Source: Candidatus Omnitrophota bacterium (GTDB lineage Bacteria; Omnitrophota; Omnitrophia; Omnitrophales; Aquincolibacteriaceae). From it: DNA of 64,000 bases. Under the pieces are notes generated by a model that was not told the DNA's origin, did not search any database, and saw only the letters and a list, made by a program, of their open reading frames with translations. Shown here piece after piece: positions 8,614-17,941 of this stretch (the stretch's first letter is position 1; each line of letters starts with the position of its first letter). The translations under genes were made by a program, and so were the position numbers. The stretch lies in contig JACPXM010000020.1 of NCBI GenBank assembly GCA_016196545.1, forward strand, positions 4,168 through 68,167, written 5' to 3'.

Positions 8614-9642
8614 TTGCTTCATATCGCCATCACCGCAGATCCTGAGCTTCCTATCCCGCCAAAGTTGTATGGAGGGATCGAACGTGTGATCGCCATTATG
8701 ATTCCCGAACTCCTAAAAAGGGGACATCAAGTCACCTTATTTGCTCATCCGAATTCAAAAATAGCCTGCAATTTGATTCCCTATTCCGGGAAAAGCAGCG
8801 TTTCCCTCGTCGATACTTGGAAGAATATGCAATGTATCAAAAAAGCCTATTTCGCCAAAAAATTTGATGTCCTTCATAGTTTTGGCCGGCTGGCTTATCT
8901 TTTACCACTCTTATCGAAGCCCTTTCCTAAAATTATGACGTATCAAAGAAAAATTAGTCCGAGGTCAATTCTTTGGGGAAGTCGATTGTCGCGTGGCAGC
9001 CTTCATTTTACCGCAATTAGTCATCATATGGTGGAGCCGGTAAAAAAATTATCGGATTGGAAAGTGATTTACAACGCCGTTGATATCAGAACTTTTCAAT
9101 TTCAAGCTCAGGTGGATTCGCAGGCCCCCTTAATCTTTTTAGGACGCGTGGAGGAAATCAAAGGCCCCCATCTCGCCATTGAAGTGGCACAAAAAAGCGG
9201 CCGCCGGCTCCTCATCGCAGGCAATATCCCTCAAGGAAGCAAGCATCAAAACTATTTTGAAACCCGTATCAAACCTCATCTTATGCCCCGTTTTATTGAC
9301 TATATCGGTCCCGTGGAGGATGCCCAAAAAAATGAGTTGTTGAGGCAGGCCGCTGCACTCCTGATGCCTATTTTGTGGGAGGAGCCCTTTGGAATTGTGA
9401 TGGCGGAAGCGCTTGCATGCGGTACGCCGGTGATTGGGCTGCGTCAAGGCTCGGTTCCGGAAGTCATCTTGCAGGGACAAAATGGATTTGTTTGTGACAG
9501 CGTGGGTGAAATGATTGTGGCGGTGGCAAAGATAGGCCAGATTTCACGCGCAAAATGCCGCGAGGACGCGGAGAAAAGATTCAGTCATTCGGTTTTAGTC
9601 GATCAATATGAAAATTTGTATCAAAGCGCTTTAAAAAAATGA
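8614..9642 (+). CDS. Glycosyltransferase family 4
   Basis: PPKLYGGIER, WEEPFGIVMAEALACGTPV. Confidence 0.92.
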   Translation: MLHIAITADPELPIPPKLYGGIERVIAIMIPELLKRGHQVTLFAHPNSKIACNLIPYSGKSSVSLVDTWKNMQCIKKAYFAKKFDVLHSFGRLAYLLPLLSKPFPKIMTYQRKISPRSILWGSRLSRGSLHFTAISHHMVEPVKKLSDWKVIYNAVDIRTFQFQAQVDSQAPLIFLGRVEEIKGPHLAIEVAQKSGRRLLIAGNIPQGSKHQNYFETRIKPHLMPRFIDYIGPVEDAQKNELLRQAAALLMPILWEEPFGIVMAEALACGTPVIGLRQGSVPEVILQGQNGFVCDSVGEMIVAVAKIGQISRAKCREDAEKRFSHSVLVDQYENLYQSALKK

Positions 9643-10415
9643 ATCCGTCAACTTCCTCAATATCGGAACAACCGCTCATGGGCTCCCTGCGATTAAGGAG
9701 ATTCAAACAACGGATGGGTAAAATCCTTATTCCGAGCCTGCCGATTTGCCGGGCCACCTTCAATCAATTGAGAACGGAGCTGGTTGCCTTCGGGGTGCGG
9801 CTTTCTTGCCGCATCAATCCCTGGAAAATTTATAAAATTAAAATGCTGCAAAAAGCCAACGATTTATCAGTCAACATTGGCTGCGGTCCTTTTGGGGAGA
9901 CCGGGTGGATTAATTTGGATATTATTAAGGCCCCGAATTTATGGAAGCGCTTCGACGTCCGCAAGTCGCTGCCCCTAAGAGAAAATTCAGCGCTGCGCAT
10001 AAGATGTGAGCATTTTCTTGAGCATCTGGATTTTCATGACGAGGTGCCCCATTTTTTAAGGCATTGTTTACGCTGCCTAAAAAAAGGAGGAATTTTAAGA
10101 ATCGTGGTCCCGGATATTCCGAAGTATTTAGCCGCCTATCAATCGGGAAATAAGAATGAATGGAAGCGTTTGGGATGGGATTTGGACCATATGCCTGAGG
10201 GTTTTGAAACCCAAATGGACATCCTGAATCACGTTTTTCGGCAAAACGGCGAGCATCGGTATGCCTATGATTACCGCACCTTGGCCCGCTTGCTTCAAAA
10301 AGTCGGCTTTTCTGAAGTGAGGCAGATGCGCTTTGGCCTATCCTCGGATGAGGCGCTTCAAGGCGACTTAGAAAATCACAAAAATTATTCCCTCTATTTG
10401 GAAGCGGTTAAATGA
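9639..10415 (+). CDS. SAM-dependent methyltransferase (Methyltransf_11-like)
   Basis: NIGCG, EHFLEHL, LKKGGILRIVVPD. Confidence 0.85.
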   Translation: MNPSTSSISEQPLMGSLRLRRFKQRMGKILIPSLPICRATFNQLRTELVAFGVRLSCRINPWKIYKIKMLQKANDLSVNIGCGPFGETGWINLDIIKAPNLWKRFDVRKSLPLRENSALRIRCEHFLEHLDFHDEVPHFLRHCLRCLKKGGILRIVVPDIPKYLAAYQSGNKNEWKRLGWDLDHMPEGFETQMDILNHVFRQNGEHRYAYDYRTLARLLQKVGFSEVRQMRFGLSSDEALQGDLENHKNYSLYLEAVK

Positions 10416-11674
10416 TGAGGAATGACCCGTCTCAAAAAACGGTTTGCATTCTGACAACCGGTCAGCCCTCCACAAATCCTCGAGTTGTAAAGGAAGCGGA
10501 CGCGCTCTCGGAGGCCGGTTATCGCGTGATGGTGATTGCGTCTTTCTGGGCGGATTGGGCCTCTTCGTTTGATCCCCAATTAATGTCCAGCCGAAAATGG
10601 CAATGCCAAATGGTGGGCGGAAGCCCTACCTCAGAACCCTGGATTTATTTTTGGAGTCGCCTTCGCTTTAAAGTTGCTCGTCTCTTTGCCCCTATTTGGC
10701 CAAAAGGCATGAATCAAAGACCCGAAATCGCGATTTCAAGAACCTCCGAGGAACTCCGAAAAGCAGCTGAGTCGATTCCCGCGGATTTGTATATTGCCCA
10801 TTATCCCGCCGCACTTCCCGCAGCCTTTTTTGCGGCAAAAAAGTATCGGGCAAAGTTAGGTTTTGATGCCGAAGATTTTCACAGCGGAGAGTTTAATCCC
10901 AAAGAGGATCAACCCCTTCATGGGCTTATCAGCGATCTCGAACAAAAATACATTCCAAGGTGTGATCACTTCACGGTAGCAAGCCCTTTAATCGGAAAGG
11001 CCTACAAGCCCATTTGGAATGGGAAAAGTCCTTTGACGATTCTTAATGTATTCCCAAAAAATTTGCGTCCCCCAAAACTTTCCATGAATTCCTCCGGCGA
11101 GGCCTTGAAACTTTTTTGGTTTTCACAGTCCATCGGAGAGAGGAGGGGGATTGAAGATGTGATCGAAGCTATGGGAAAGTTAACCAAAGAACAAATAGAA
11201 TTCCATCTTTTGGGGAGAATACTTCCGGATTATAAAGCGCGGCTGGATTCCCTCATCTCCCAGAAAGGGTTGAGATCCTCCCAAGTGGTTTTTCATAAAC
11301 CCCTTCCGCCCGAGGAATTGGTCCGTTATTCGGCGCAATTTGACATTGGCGTATCCCTCGAGCAGCCCATTAATCTTCATAAAAAGTATTGTTTAAGCAA
11401 CAAATTATTTACCTATCTCTTAGCGGGGAATGCGCTTATCTTGACAAACTTGGAGGGGCAAAGAATGATTGCCGAGGAACTCAAAGACGCCTGCCTGGAA
11501 TACTCGCCCGGAGATATTGCACAACTTGCCTCAGGGCTATCCCATTGGATCCAGGATAGAGATTCTCTGCTTCGAAGCCGTCAAAGGTCCTGGGAATTAG
11601 GAGAAAACAAATACAACTGGGATCTTGAGAAAGAAAAATTCGTAGAAAGCATTCATCATTTATTTGGTCATTAA
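10412..11674 (+). CDS. Glycosyltransferase (GT-B, family 4-like)
   Basis: NPRVVKEADAL, FDAEDFH, LSNKLFTYLLAG. Confidence 0.85.
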   Translation: MMRNDPSQKTVCILTTGQPSTNPRVVKEADALSEAGYRVMVIASFWADWASSFDPQLMSSRKWQCQMVGGSPTSEPWIYFWSRLRFKVARLFAPIWPKGMNQRPEIAISRTSEELRKAAESIPADLYIAHYPAALPAAFFAAKKYRAKLGFDAEDFHSGEFNPKEDQPLHGLISDLEQKYIPRCDHFTVASPLIGKAYKPIWNGKSPLTILNVFPKNLRPPKLSMNSSGEALKLFWFSQSIGERRGIEDVIEAMGKLTKEQIEFHLLGRILPDYKARLDSLISQKGLRSSQVVFHKPLPPEELVRYSAQFDIGVSLEQPINLHKKYCLSNKLFTYLLAGNALILTNLEGQRMIAEELKDACLEYSPGDIAQLASGLSHWIQDRDSLLRSRQRSWELGENKYNWDLEKEKFVESIHHLFGH

Positions 11675-11698
11675 TCTTATAAATTCAAAAGCCCAGCG

Positions 11699-12718
11699 AT
11701 GAGACAAAATATCAAAAAATTGCTTTACTCTTCGGGTTTTTACCACACCGTGGCGAAACAGTTAAGGCTCAATAAAATAGGTGTCCTTTGTTATCACGGG
11801 CTCACAGCGAAAGATTCCGAAGCCGTGAACCATATTCCCAACGCCTTTCTGCATACCCCCATTAAAGAATTTGAATTGCAGATGAAATTTATAAGCGAAG
11901 CATTTAATGTTCTTACGTTAACCAAACTCTGGGAGCATTTCACCCGTCGCAGAGAATTGCCTTCGAATTCTGTCTTAATTACCTTTGATGATGGATATAA
12001 GACGATTTATCGATTGGCGAAACCAGTTTTAGAAAAATATAACATTCAGCCCGTTATTTTTATCACCACAGAAAATATTGGGAAATATGATTTAATTTGG
12101 CCAGATGCAGTTTTTTTATATTATCAAGACCGAACGATTCCGAGCAAGCAGTTCCCAGACGGCTATACGGCAAATCCCAAAATTTCATCTTCGCCTTCTC
12201 AGATGGATGAAGAGGCCATTTACGATATTATCCGGTGGTTGAAAAAAGTAAAAAATCAAAAAAGATTGGAATTTTTGAACCGGATTATGAGCAAACCAGA
12301 TTTTATCAGCCGCATTCCTCAGGAATGTTTAGTGCTTAATGAGGATGAGATTTTTCAGCTTTCTTCCTTGGGCTTTAATATCGGATCTCACACCAATTCT
12401 CATTCAATCCTTTCTCGTATGTCCGCCGAAGAACAAGAAAACGAAATTGCCCTCTCGAAAAAGATCTTGGAAGAAATAACCTCAAAACCGGTTTGTAGTT
12501 TCGCTTATCCTGAGGGAGGAGCCCACGATTTTAATGACGTCACCATTCAACTCCTGAAGAAACACAACTATACCTCAGCCTTTACGACCATTGAGGGTTA
12601 CGATGGCAAAGATGAAAATTTATACAAGCTCAAACGCATCTTTGTGATGGGCAATCTCCCGATTTGGGAATTTTGTCACCGCATGGTTTTCAGCTGGCCC
12701 GCAACCTATATCCGATGA
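11699..12718 (+). CDS. Polysaccharide deacetylase (NodB/CE4)
   Basis: LCYH, ITFDDGY, GSHTNSH, FAYPEG. Confidence 0.9.
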   Translation: MRQNIKKLLYSSGFYHTVAKQLRLNKIGVLCYHGLTAKDSEAVNHIPNAFLHTPIKEFELQMKFISEAFNVLTLTKLWEHFTRRRELPSNSVLITFDDGYKTIYRLAKPVLEKYNIQPVIFITTENIGKYDLIWPDAVFLYYQDRTIPSKQFPDGYTANPKISSSPSQMDEEAIYDIIRWLKKVKNQKRLEFLNRIMSKPDFISRIPQECLVLNEDEIFQLSSLGFNIGSHTNSHSILSRMSAEEQENEIALSKKILEEITSKPVCSFAYPEGGAHDFNDVTIQLLKKHNYTSAFTTIEGYDGKDENLYKLKRIFVMGNLPIWEFCHRMVFSWPATYIR

Positions 12719-13434
12719 TGAAACACCTTAAAAATTTATTGCCTCATTCGTTTAAAAGAAAATTATGGAGGCAGCGTCAAAATTGGAAGGTCTCTCCCGC
12801 AAATTGGGAATTATTGAGAAGATTATCTCCGCTGAGCCCTCATTATGGTGTGGAAAGAGGGCAGCCCATTGATCGCTATTATATAGAAAATTTTTTAGCG
12901 AAATATTCCGCCGATATCAAAGGCCGTGTTCTTGAGATTCAATCTTCAGGCTATACCCGGCAATTTGGAAAAGGCAGGGTGAATCAATCGGATGTTTTGG
13001 ATATCGATTCGGCCAATCCCCAAGCGAGCTTGGTTGTGGATTTAAGCAAAGCCGACGGGATTCCTTCCGGCCAATTTGATTGTTTTATATTAACGCAATC
13101 CCTTCAATATATGTTTGATCTGAAATCGGCGCTTGGGCATGCTTTCCGGATTTTAAAACCCGAAGGCGTTTTGCTGGTGAGCGTCCCCGCCATTGCGCGA
13201 ATCGACCCGGGCGCCCGGGCAACAGATTATTGGAGATTTACACCCATGGGTTTATGCAAACTAATGGAAGAACACACCCAACCTCAAAATATTGAAATCA
13301 CCGTCCATGGAAATGTGCTGTCTGATTTTGGATTCTTGATGGGTTTGTCTCATCATGAGTTGTCGGAGCGAGAATTAAATACCACCGATACGGATTTTCC
13401 TCTTGTCCTTTGCGCCCGAGCGGTTAAATCATGA
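12715..13434 (+). CDS. SAM-dependent methyltransferase
   Basis: RGQPIDRYYIE, GRVLEI, LKPEGVLLVSVP, DYWRFT. Confidence 0.85.
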   Translation: MMKHLKNLLPHSFKRKLWRQRQNWKVSPANWELLRRLSPLSPHYGVERGQPIDRYYIENFLAKYSADIKGRVLEIQSSGYTRQFGKGRVNQSDVLDIDSANPQASLVVDLSKADGIPSGQFDCFILTQSLQYMFDLKSALGHAFRILKPEGVLLVSVPAIARIDPGARATDYWRFTPMGLCKLMEEHTQPQNIEITVHGNVLSDFGFLMGLSHHELSERELNTTDTDFPLVLCARAVKS

Positions 13435-14583
13435 TTCTTCCTTATAAATTCAAGAATTCCATCATTTCTCAATTGAGCTTATCCGCCAAAAAATTAATGA
13501 ATTCAATTTTTCGACGCAATCTATTGTTTTTGCCGCAATCGACATCCCGGGAAGCAAATTATCTTAATGTCCAATACAGCTATCGAGTGGAGAATGAATG
13601 CGCACAAATTAAAATTTCAGACCGCAGTGTCGGAAAACTCTCGGTAATTCTAAAGGCCGTTCAGGAAAGTCATCCGGTGCTCTTGTCCCTTGAAAAGATT
13701 GAATTCAATTTTAAAGAAATGATTAAAATCGATTTTAAAAATAAAGTCATCGAATTTAAAGAAAGCGCAGACAGCCATCCTTTTGAACCAGCTGTCCAAA
13801 GCCGAAGGTATGAGCTCGAATTAACCTTACGCGACTATTTGGGCAAAACAAAAAAAAGGACTTGTTCCCTGTATGTGCCCGGCGGGGGGGCCCATTCAAG
13901 GGAATTATTTTCAGGGGTGGAATTATTTCGATTACGAAACCCAAGCGCTCGGAGACGCCCTCTTTATCAGTCAATGGATTCGAGATTGGACAGCACCCTG
14001 TAAAATCTTAGAGATTGGTTGCGGCTCGGGTCTTGCCTTGAAGCGGCTTGAGGAAATGGGTTTTGAAAGTTACGGCGTGGACATTGCCGATTGGGCGGTC
14101 CATGAGGCGAAAAAGAAAATGGGGAGTGAGCGCATCCACTTATGTGACATTGAGAAAGAGCCCCTTCCCTTTCAAGCCCCCTTTGATGCTATTTTTCTCA
14201 GCGCCGTATTTGAGCATTTTCATAAGCCTTATGAGGTCATCAAGAAGTTACTTCCCCTTACGAGGAAGGGGACACTGATCTTTATCCGCACGGCGAATCC
14301 AAAATCTCTGACGCGCCAGCTTTTCAAGCAAAATTGGGAGGGGTATTTTGACTACAGTCATTATGGCATTGAGCAGGTATTTCCCTCGGAGCTTCGCAAA
14401 CAATTTTCCGATCTAGGTTGGAAAATCATGTCTTTGGATACAGACAGTATTTGGACCTGCAATGGAGATGAAGTCGCGGCCGCTTTTCGGGACTTTTATA
14501 GTGGCGATGCAAGGTTTCGTTTGTTTATCAAAGAATTTGAACTTGGGGATTTTATCAGCCTCGTGGCAAGGCGGACCGTTTAA
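13431..14583 (+). pseudogene. Methyltransferase gene split by a frameshift in a G7 tract (ORFs 13431-14003 and 13873-14583)
   Basis: Removing one G from 13884-13890 fuses both ORFs into 383 aa (...LYVPGGGPIQGNYF...); downstream part has ILEIGCGSG, VFEHF. Confidence 0.65.
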
Positions 14584-14679
14584 GGAATGAGGACTTAAAA
14601 CCCCATCGTTAAACCTCTTAAAATCATTTTAGGCGCGGGATGGTATTTTCCTCAAAGTACCGGAGGGATAGAAGTCTAT

Positions 14680-15960
14680 GTGTCGACGCTCGCTAAAATC
14701 TTCCAGGGCCTGGGTCATGACGTCGGCGTGGTGGTCCCGCATTTCGGCGAGAAAGTGGAGCACGATCGTTATGAAGGAATTTCGGTTTATCGATATCCCG
14801 TGCCCGCTTCCCCTTTTTGGGAGGAAGTTCAAGGGACAGTTTCTCCCCGCTTTTTTTCTCATTTCGTTGATTTAATTCAATCCCTTCGGCCAGATGTTAT
14901 TCATTTTCACACGACTTCATGGACCATGGGGCTTACGCATATCAAGGCAGCTTATCGGTCCGGTGCGGTGACTCTTCTGACCCATCATACGCCGAGCCTG
15001 GGATATCTTTGCCCTCGAGGGACAGGTATGCTTTGGGGAAAAGTGGCTTGTGACGGAATCGTCACGGCCTCGCGCTGCAGCGTCTGTCTTCTGCAGCAAA
15101 AAGGGATTCCGCCCATTTTGGGAAATCCCTTGGGAAGAATTCCTCCGGCGGTAGGGAAACACTTTCAAACCACATTCAAGAAAAACAAATTCTCTACTCT
15201 GGTGAGTCTTCCCTTCTTGATCGAGCAAAGAAAGGAAATGCATTCTGAGATTTTAGACCATGTCCATGCCGTTATTTGCTTGACCGAATGGGGAAGACAG
15301 ACGCTTCTGCGAAACGGCACGCCCTCTGAAAAGTTAATCCTTTGCCGCTTAGGGGTTGCAGGAAAGAACTGTTTGGGAAAATCCTCGCGACCTTCAAGTG
15401 AACCTTGTTTGGTGATGGGTTATATCGGACGCTACGATCCGATCAAGGGATTGGAGCCTCTCCTCAAGGCTTTCATGAAATTACCTTCTAAAGAGAAGGT
15501 GACCCTTCGAATTTATGGAGTTTCCAATGAAGATTCAACGTACGAACATTTTTTAAGAAAAATGGCGCAACCCGATGCCCGGATTAAGTTTGAAAATCCT
15601 TTAAAACCCGATCAGGTGAGAAAAGCTTTAAGGGAATTAGATGTGCTTGCGGTTCCCTCCTTGTGTATGGAAGGAGGGCCTACGGTTTTGCTGGAGGCCT
15701 TAGCAGAAAAAGTGCCGGTGATAGGTTCTGACCTCGGAGCCATCCCGGAATATATTCAAGCGGGGAAAAACGGCCTCCTTTTTCCGCCGGGGGATATCGA
15801 AGCGATTCAGCAAACCCTCACACGGCTTTCCTCCGACAGAGAACTCCTTTCAAATTTAGTTGAGGGCATTGAAGATGTCAGAACCCTGCAGGATGTCGCC
15901 CGGGAGCACATGGAATTCTATACATCGCTGAACCCCAAAAGGTCACTCTTTCAATGTTAA
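14680..15960 (+). CDS. Glycosyltransferase family 4 (true N-terminus extends upstream of 14680)
   Basis: GYIGRYDPIKG, EGGPTVLLEAL; upstream in-frame KIILGAGWYFPQSTGGIEVYV. Confidence 0.88.
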   Translation: MSTLAKIFQGLGHDVGVVVPHFGEKVEHDRYEGISVYRYPVPASPFWEEVQGTVSPRFFSHFVDLIQSLRPDVIHFHTTSWTMGLTHIKAAYRSGAVTLLTHHTPSLGYLCPRGTGMLWGKVACDGIVTASRCSVCLLQQKGIPPILGNPLGRIPPAVGKHFQTTFKKNKFSTLVSLPFLIEQRKEMHSEILDHVHAVICLTEWGRQTLLRNGTPSEKLILCRLGVAGKNCLGKSSRPSSEPCLVMGYIGRYDPIKGLEPLLKAFMKLPSKEKVTLRIYGVSNEDSTYEHFLRKMAQPDARIKFENPLKPDQVRKALRELDVLAVPSLCMEGGPTVLLEALAEKVPVIGSDLGAIPEYIQAGKNGLLFPPGDIEAIQQTLTRLSSDRELLSNLVEGIEDVRTLQDVAREHMEFYTSLNPKRSLFQC

Positions 15961-16640
15961 ACCTCCTTGATGAATTGGCGATCAAGCACGGCACGGACAA
16001 GTCCTCCCTACATCACAATTATACGGAACCCTATTTTCAGATCTTTCAGCCCCTGCGCCAAAAAAAACTCAAGCTCGTAGAAATCGGAGTCTATAACGGG
16101 TCCTCTCTAAGAATGTGGGAAGACTTTTTCCCGAATGCCGAAATTTATGGGATCGATTTGGACCCGAAGGCCATGGCCCATCAAAAAGGCCGAATCAAAA
16201 TAGCCCTTGGAGACCAGAACGACGAAAATTTTTTGCAGCGCTTTCAAAAAAAAGTCGGAAAAATAGACATCCTCATTGACGATGGAAGCCATCGACCCGA
16301 ACATCAATTAAAAAGTCTGAATTGTCTTTTCCCCTCACTTCTTAAAAACGGCATTTATGTGATCGAAGATTTATGCAGTTCCTTTTTGAAGACCTACGGG
16401 CCGTCAGCCGGCCTGCATAATTCAAGGAACACGCTGGAATACTTAAAGTCCGTCCTGGATGTGATTCACGCTGAAAAAAGTCACGGAGGCCTCCTGGGAG
16501 ATGAAGTGACGGAGCATATCAAGGCGATTCACTTTTATCCAAGGATTGCGTTTTTATTTAAAGGAAAGGTCTGCAAACAATTGCCTGGAACTAAAGGGAT
16601 CGATAAAAGAAAAAAGAGGGGTCGATTTCTATGGGGATGA
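15954..16640 (+). CDS. Class I SAM-dependent sugar O-methyltransferase-like protein
   Basis: HGTDK, VEIGVYNGSSL, IDDGSH, YVIED. Confidence 0.85.
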   Translation: MLNLLDELAIKHGTDKSSLHHNYTEPYFQIFQPLRQKKLKLVEIGVYNGSSLRMWEDFFPNAEIYGIDLDPKAMAHQKGRIKIALGDQNDENFLQRFQKKVGKIDILIDDGSHRPEHQLKSLNCLFPSLLKNGIYVIEDLCSSFLKTYGPSAGLHNSRNTLEYLKSVLDVIHAEKSHGGLLGDEVTEHIKAIHFYPRIAFLFKGKVCKQLPGTKGIDKRKKRGRFLWG

Positions 16641-17941
16641 AACGGGTTGCCATGGTTTCGCCTTATTTTCCTCCAAGTACGCTGGCGGGTGTGCATCGGG
16701 CTCGGCTTTTAGCCAAGCATCTCAATAAATTTAGCTGGGAGCCGGTTGTTTTTTGTGTTGATGAACATTATCACGAACAATCTTTGGATCTGGAATTGGA
16801 AAAGCTTGTTCCCAAAACGATTCGGGTGATCAAAAGCAAGGCCTTCCGGATTCAAATGACTCGGCTTTTTGGAGTGGGGGATATCGGCCTTCGAGGCTAC
16901 CGGGGCATGTATCAAGCGCTTGAAGATTTTTTAGGCAGGGAAAAAGCGGATCTTTTGTTCATTACCCTGTCTCCCTATTACCCGTCCCTCATGGGGCCCT
17001 CGCTGAAAAGAAAATTTAAACTTCCATTCATTTTAGATTATCAAGATCCCTGGGTATCGAAATTTGGAGCCCGTCAGCCTATTTTTACCAAGGCGGGATT
17101 ATCCCACATTTTAGCCAAGTGGCTGGAACCCAAGGTCCTGCGTTGGGCGGACCATATTACTTCGGTGTCGGAAGGAACCAATCAGGAAATTAGAATGCGC
17201 TACCCCAAACTCAACAAGGATATTTTTAGCGTGCTCCCAATTGGCGGGGACCCTGAAGATTATGAATATCTTGAGTCTCATCCATTTCCTTTGAAAATCG
17301 CAACGCTCTCCGATAAGGAGCTTAATTTTTGTTATGTGGGAACCCTTTTACCCCGGGCCCACAGGACCTTAAGGGCATTGCTTAAAGCGATCAAAATTAT
17401 TCGCGAAAAAAACCCAACGTTGTATCAAAAAATGAAGTTTCACTTTATTGGAACAAGTAATTTGCCCGATGGTTTTAAAGATTTTAAGGTTCTTCCGATG
17501 GCAAGAGAAGAAGGGGTGGAAGAGCGCATTCGCGAAATACCCGAGCGAGTGCCCTATCTAGAAGCCTTAAAAATTCTTTCTTCGTCGAATGTTATTTTGA
17601 TGCTGGGCTCGGATGAAAAGCATTATACGGCATCAAAACTTTTTCCCGGTCTTTTGTCAGGCCGTCCCATTCTAGCGCTTTATCATGAGGCAAGCAGCGT
17701 TTGTGAAATCGTCAAGCAGACCGGAGGCGTTCATCTTATTAAGTTCTCGGATGAGGTGCCGGCTCAAGACCAGGTAGGAAATATTTCAAAGGATTTGGAA
17801 CTTCTGGCATTGCATCCCGAGGTGGTTCAGCCGGCTTCTTTAGATGCAATGAAAAGTGTGCTTGCGTCGTCCATTGCGGGTCAGTTCGCAAAACTATTTG
17901 ATTCCGTGGTATCCCGAGGACCCTCTCAGGCAGCATGGTAA
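16631..17941 (+). CDS. Glycosyltransferase family 4-like
   Basis: YFPPS..AGVHR, LDYQDPW, YTASKL. Confidence 0.85.
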   Translation: MGMKRVAMVSPYFPPSTLAGVHRARLLAKHLNKFSWEPVVFCVDEHYHEQSLDLELEKLVPKTIRVIKSKAFRIQMTRLFGVGDIGLRGYRGMYQALEDFLGREKADLLFITLSPYYPSLMGPSLKRKFKLPFILDYQDPWVSKFGARQPIFTKAGLSHILAKWLEPKVLRWADHITSVSEGTNQEIRMRYPKLNKDIFSVLPIGGDPEDYEYLESHPFPLKIATLSDKELNFCYVGTLLPRAHRTLRALLKAIKIIREKNPTLYQKMKFHFIGTSNLPDGFKDFKVLPMAREEGVEERIREIPERVPYLEALKILSSSNVILMLGSDEKHYTASKLFPGLLSGRPILALYHEASSVCEIVKQTGGVHLIKFSDEVPAQDQVGNISKDLELLALHPEVVQPASLDAMKSVLASSIAGQFAKLFDSVVSRGPSQAAW

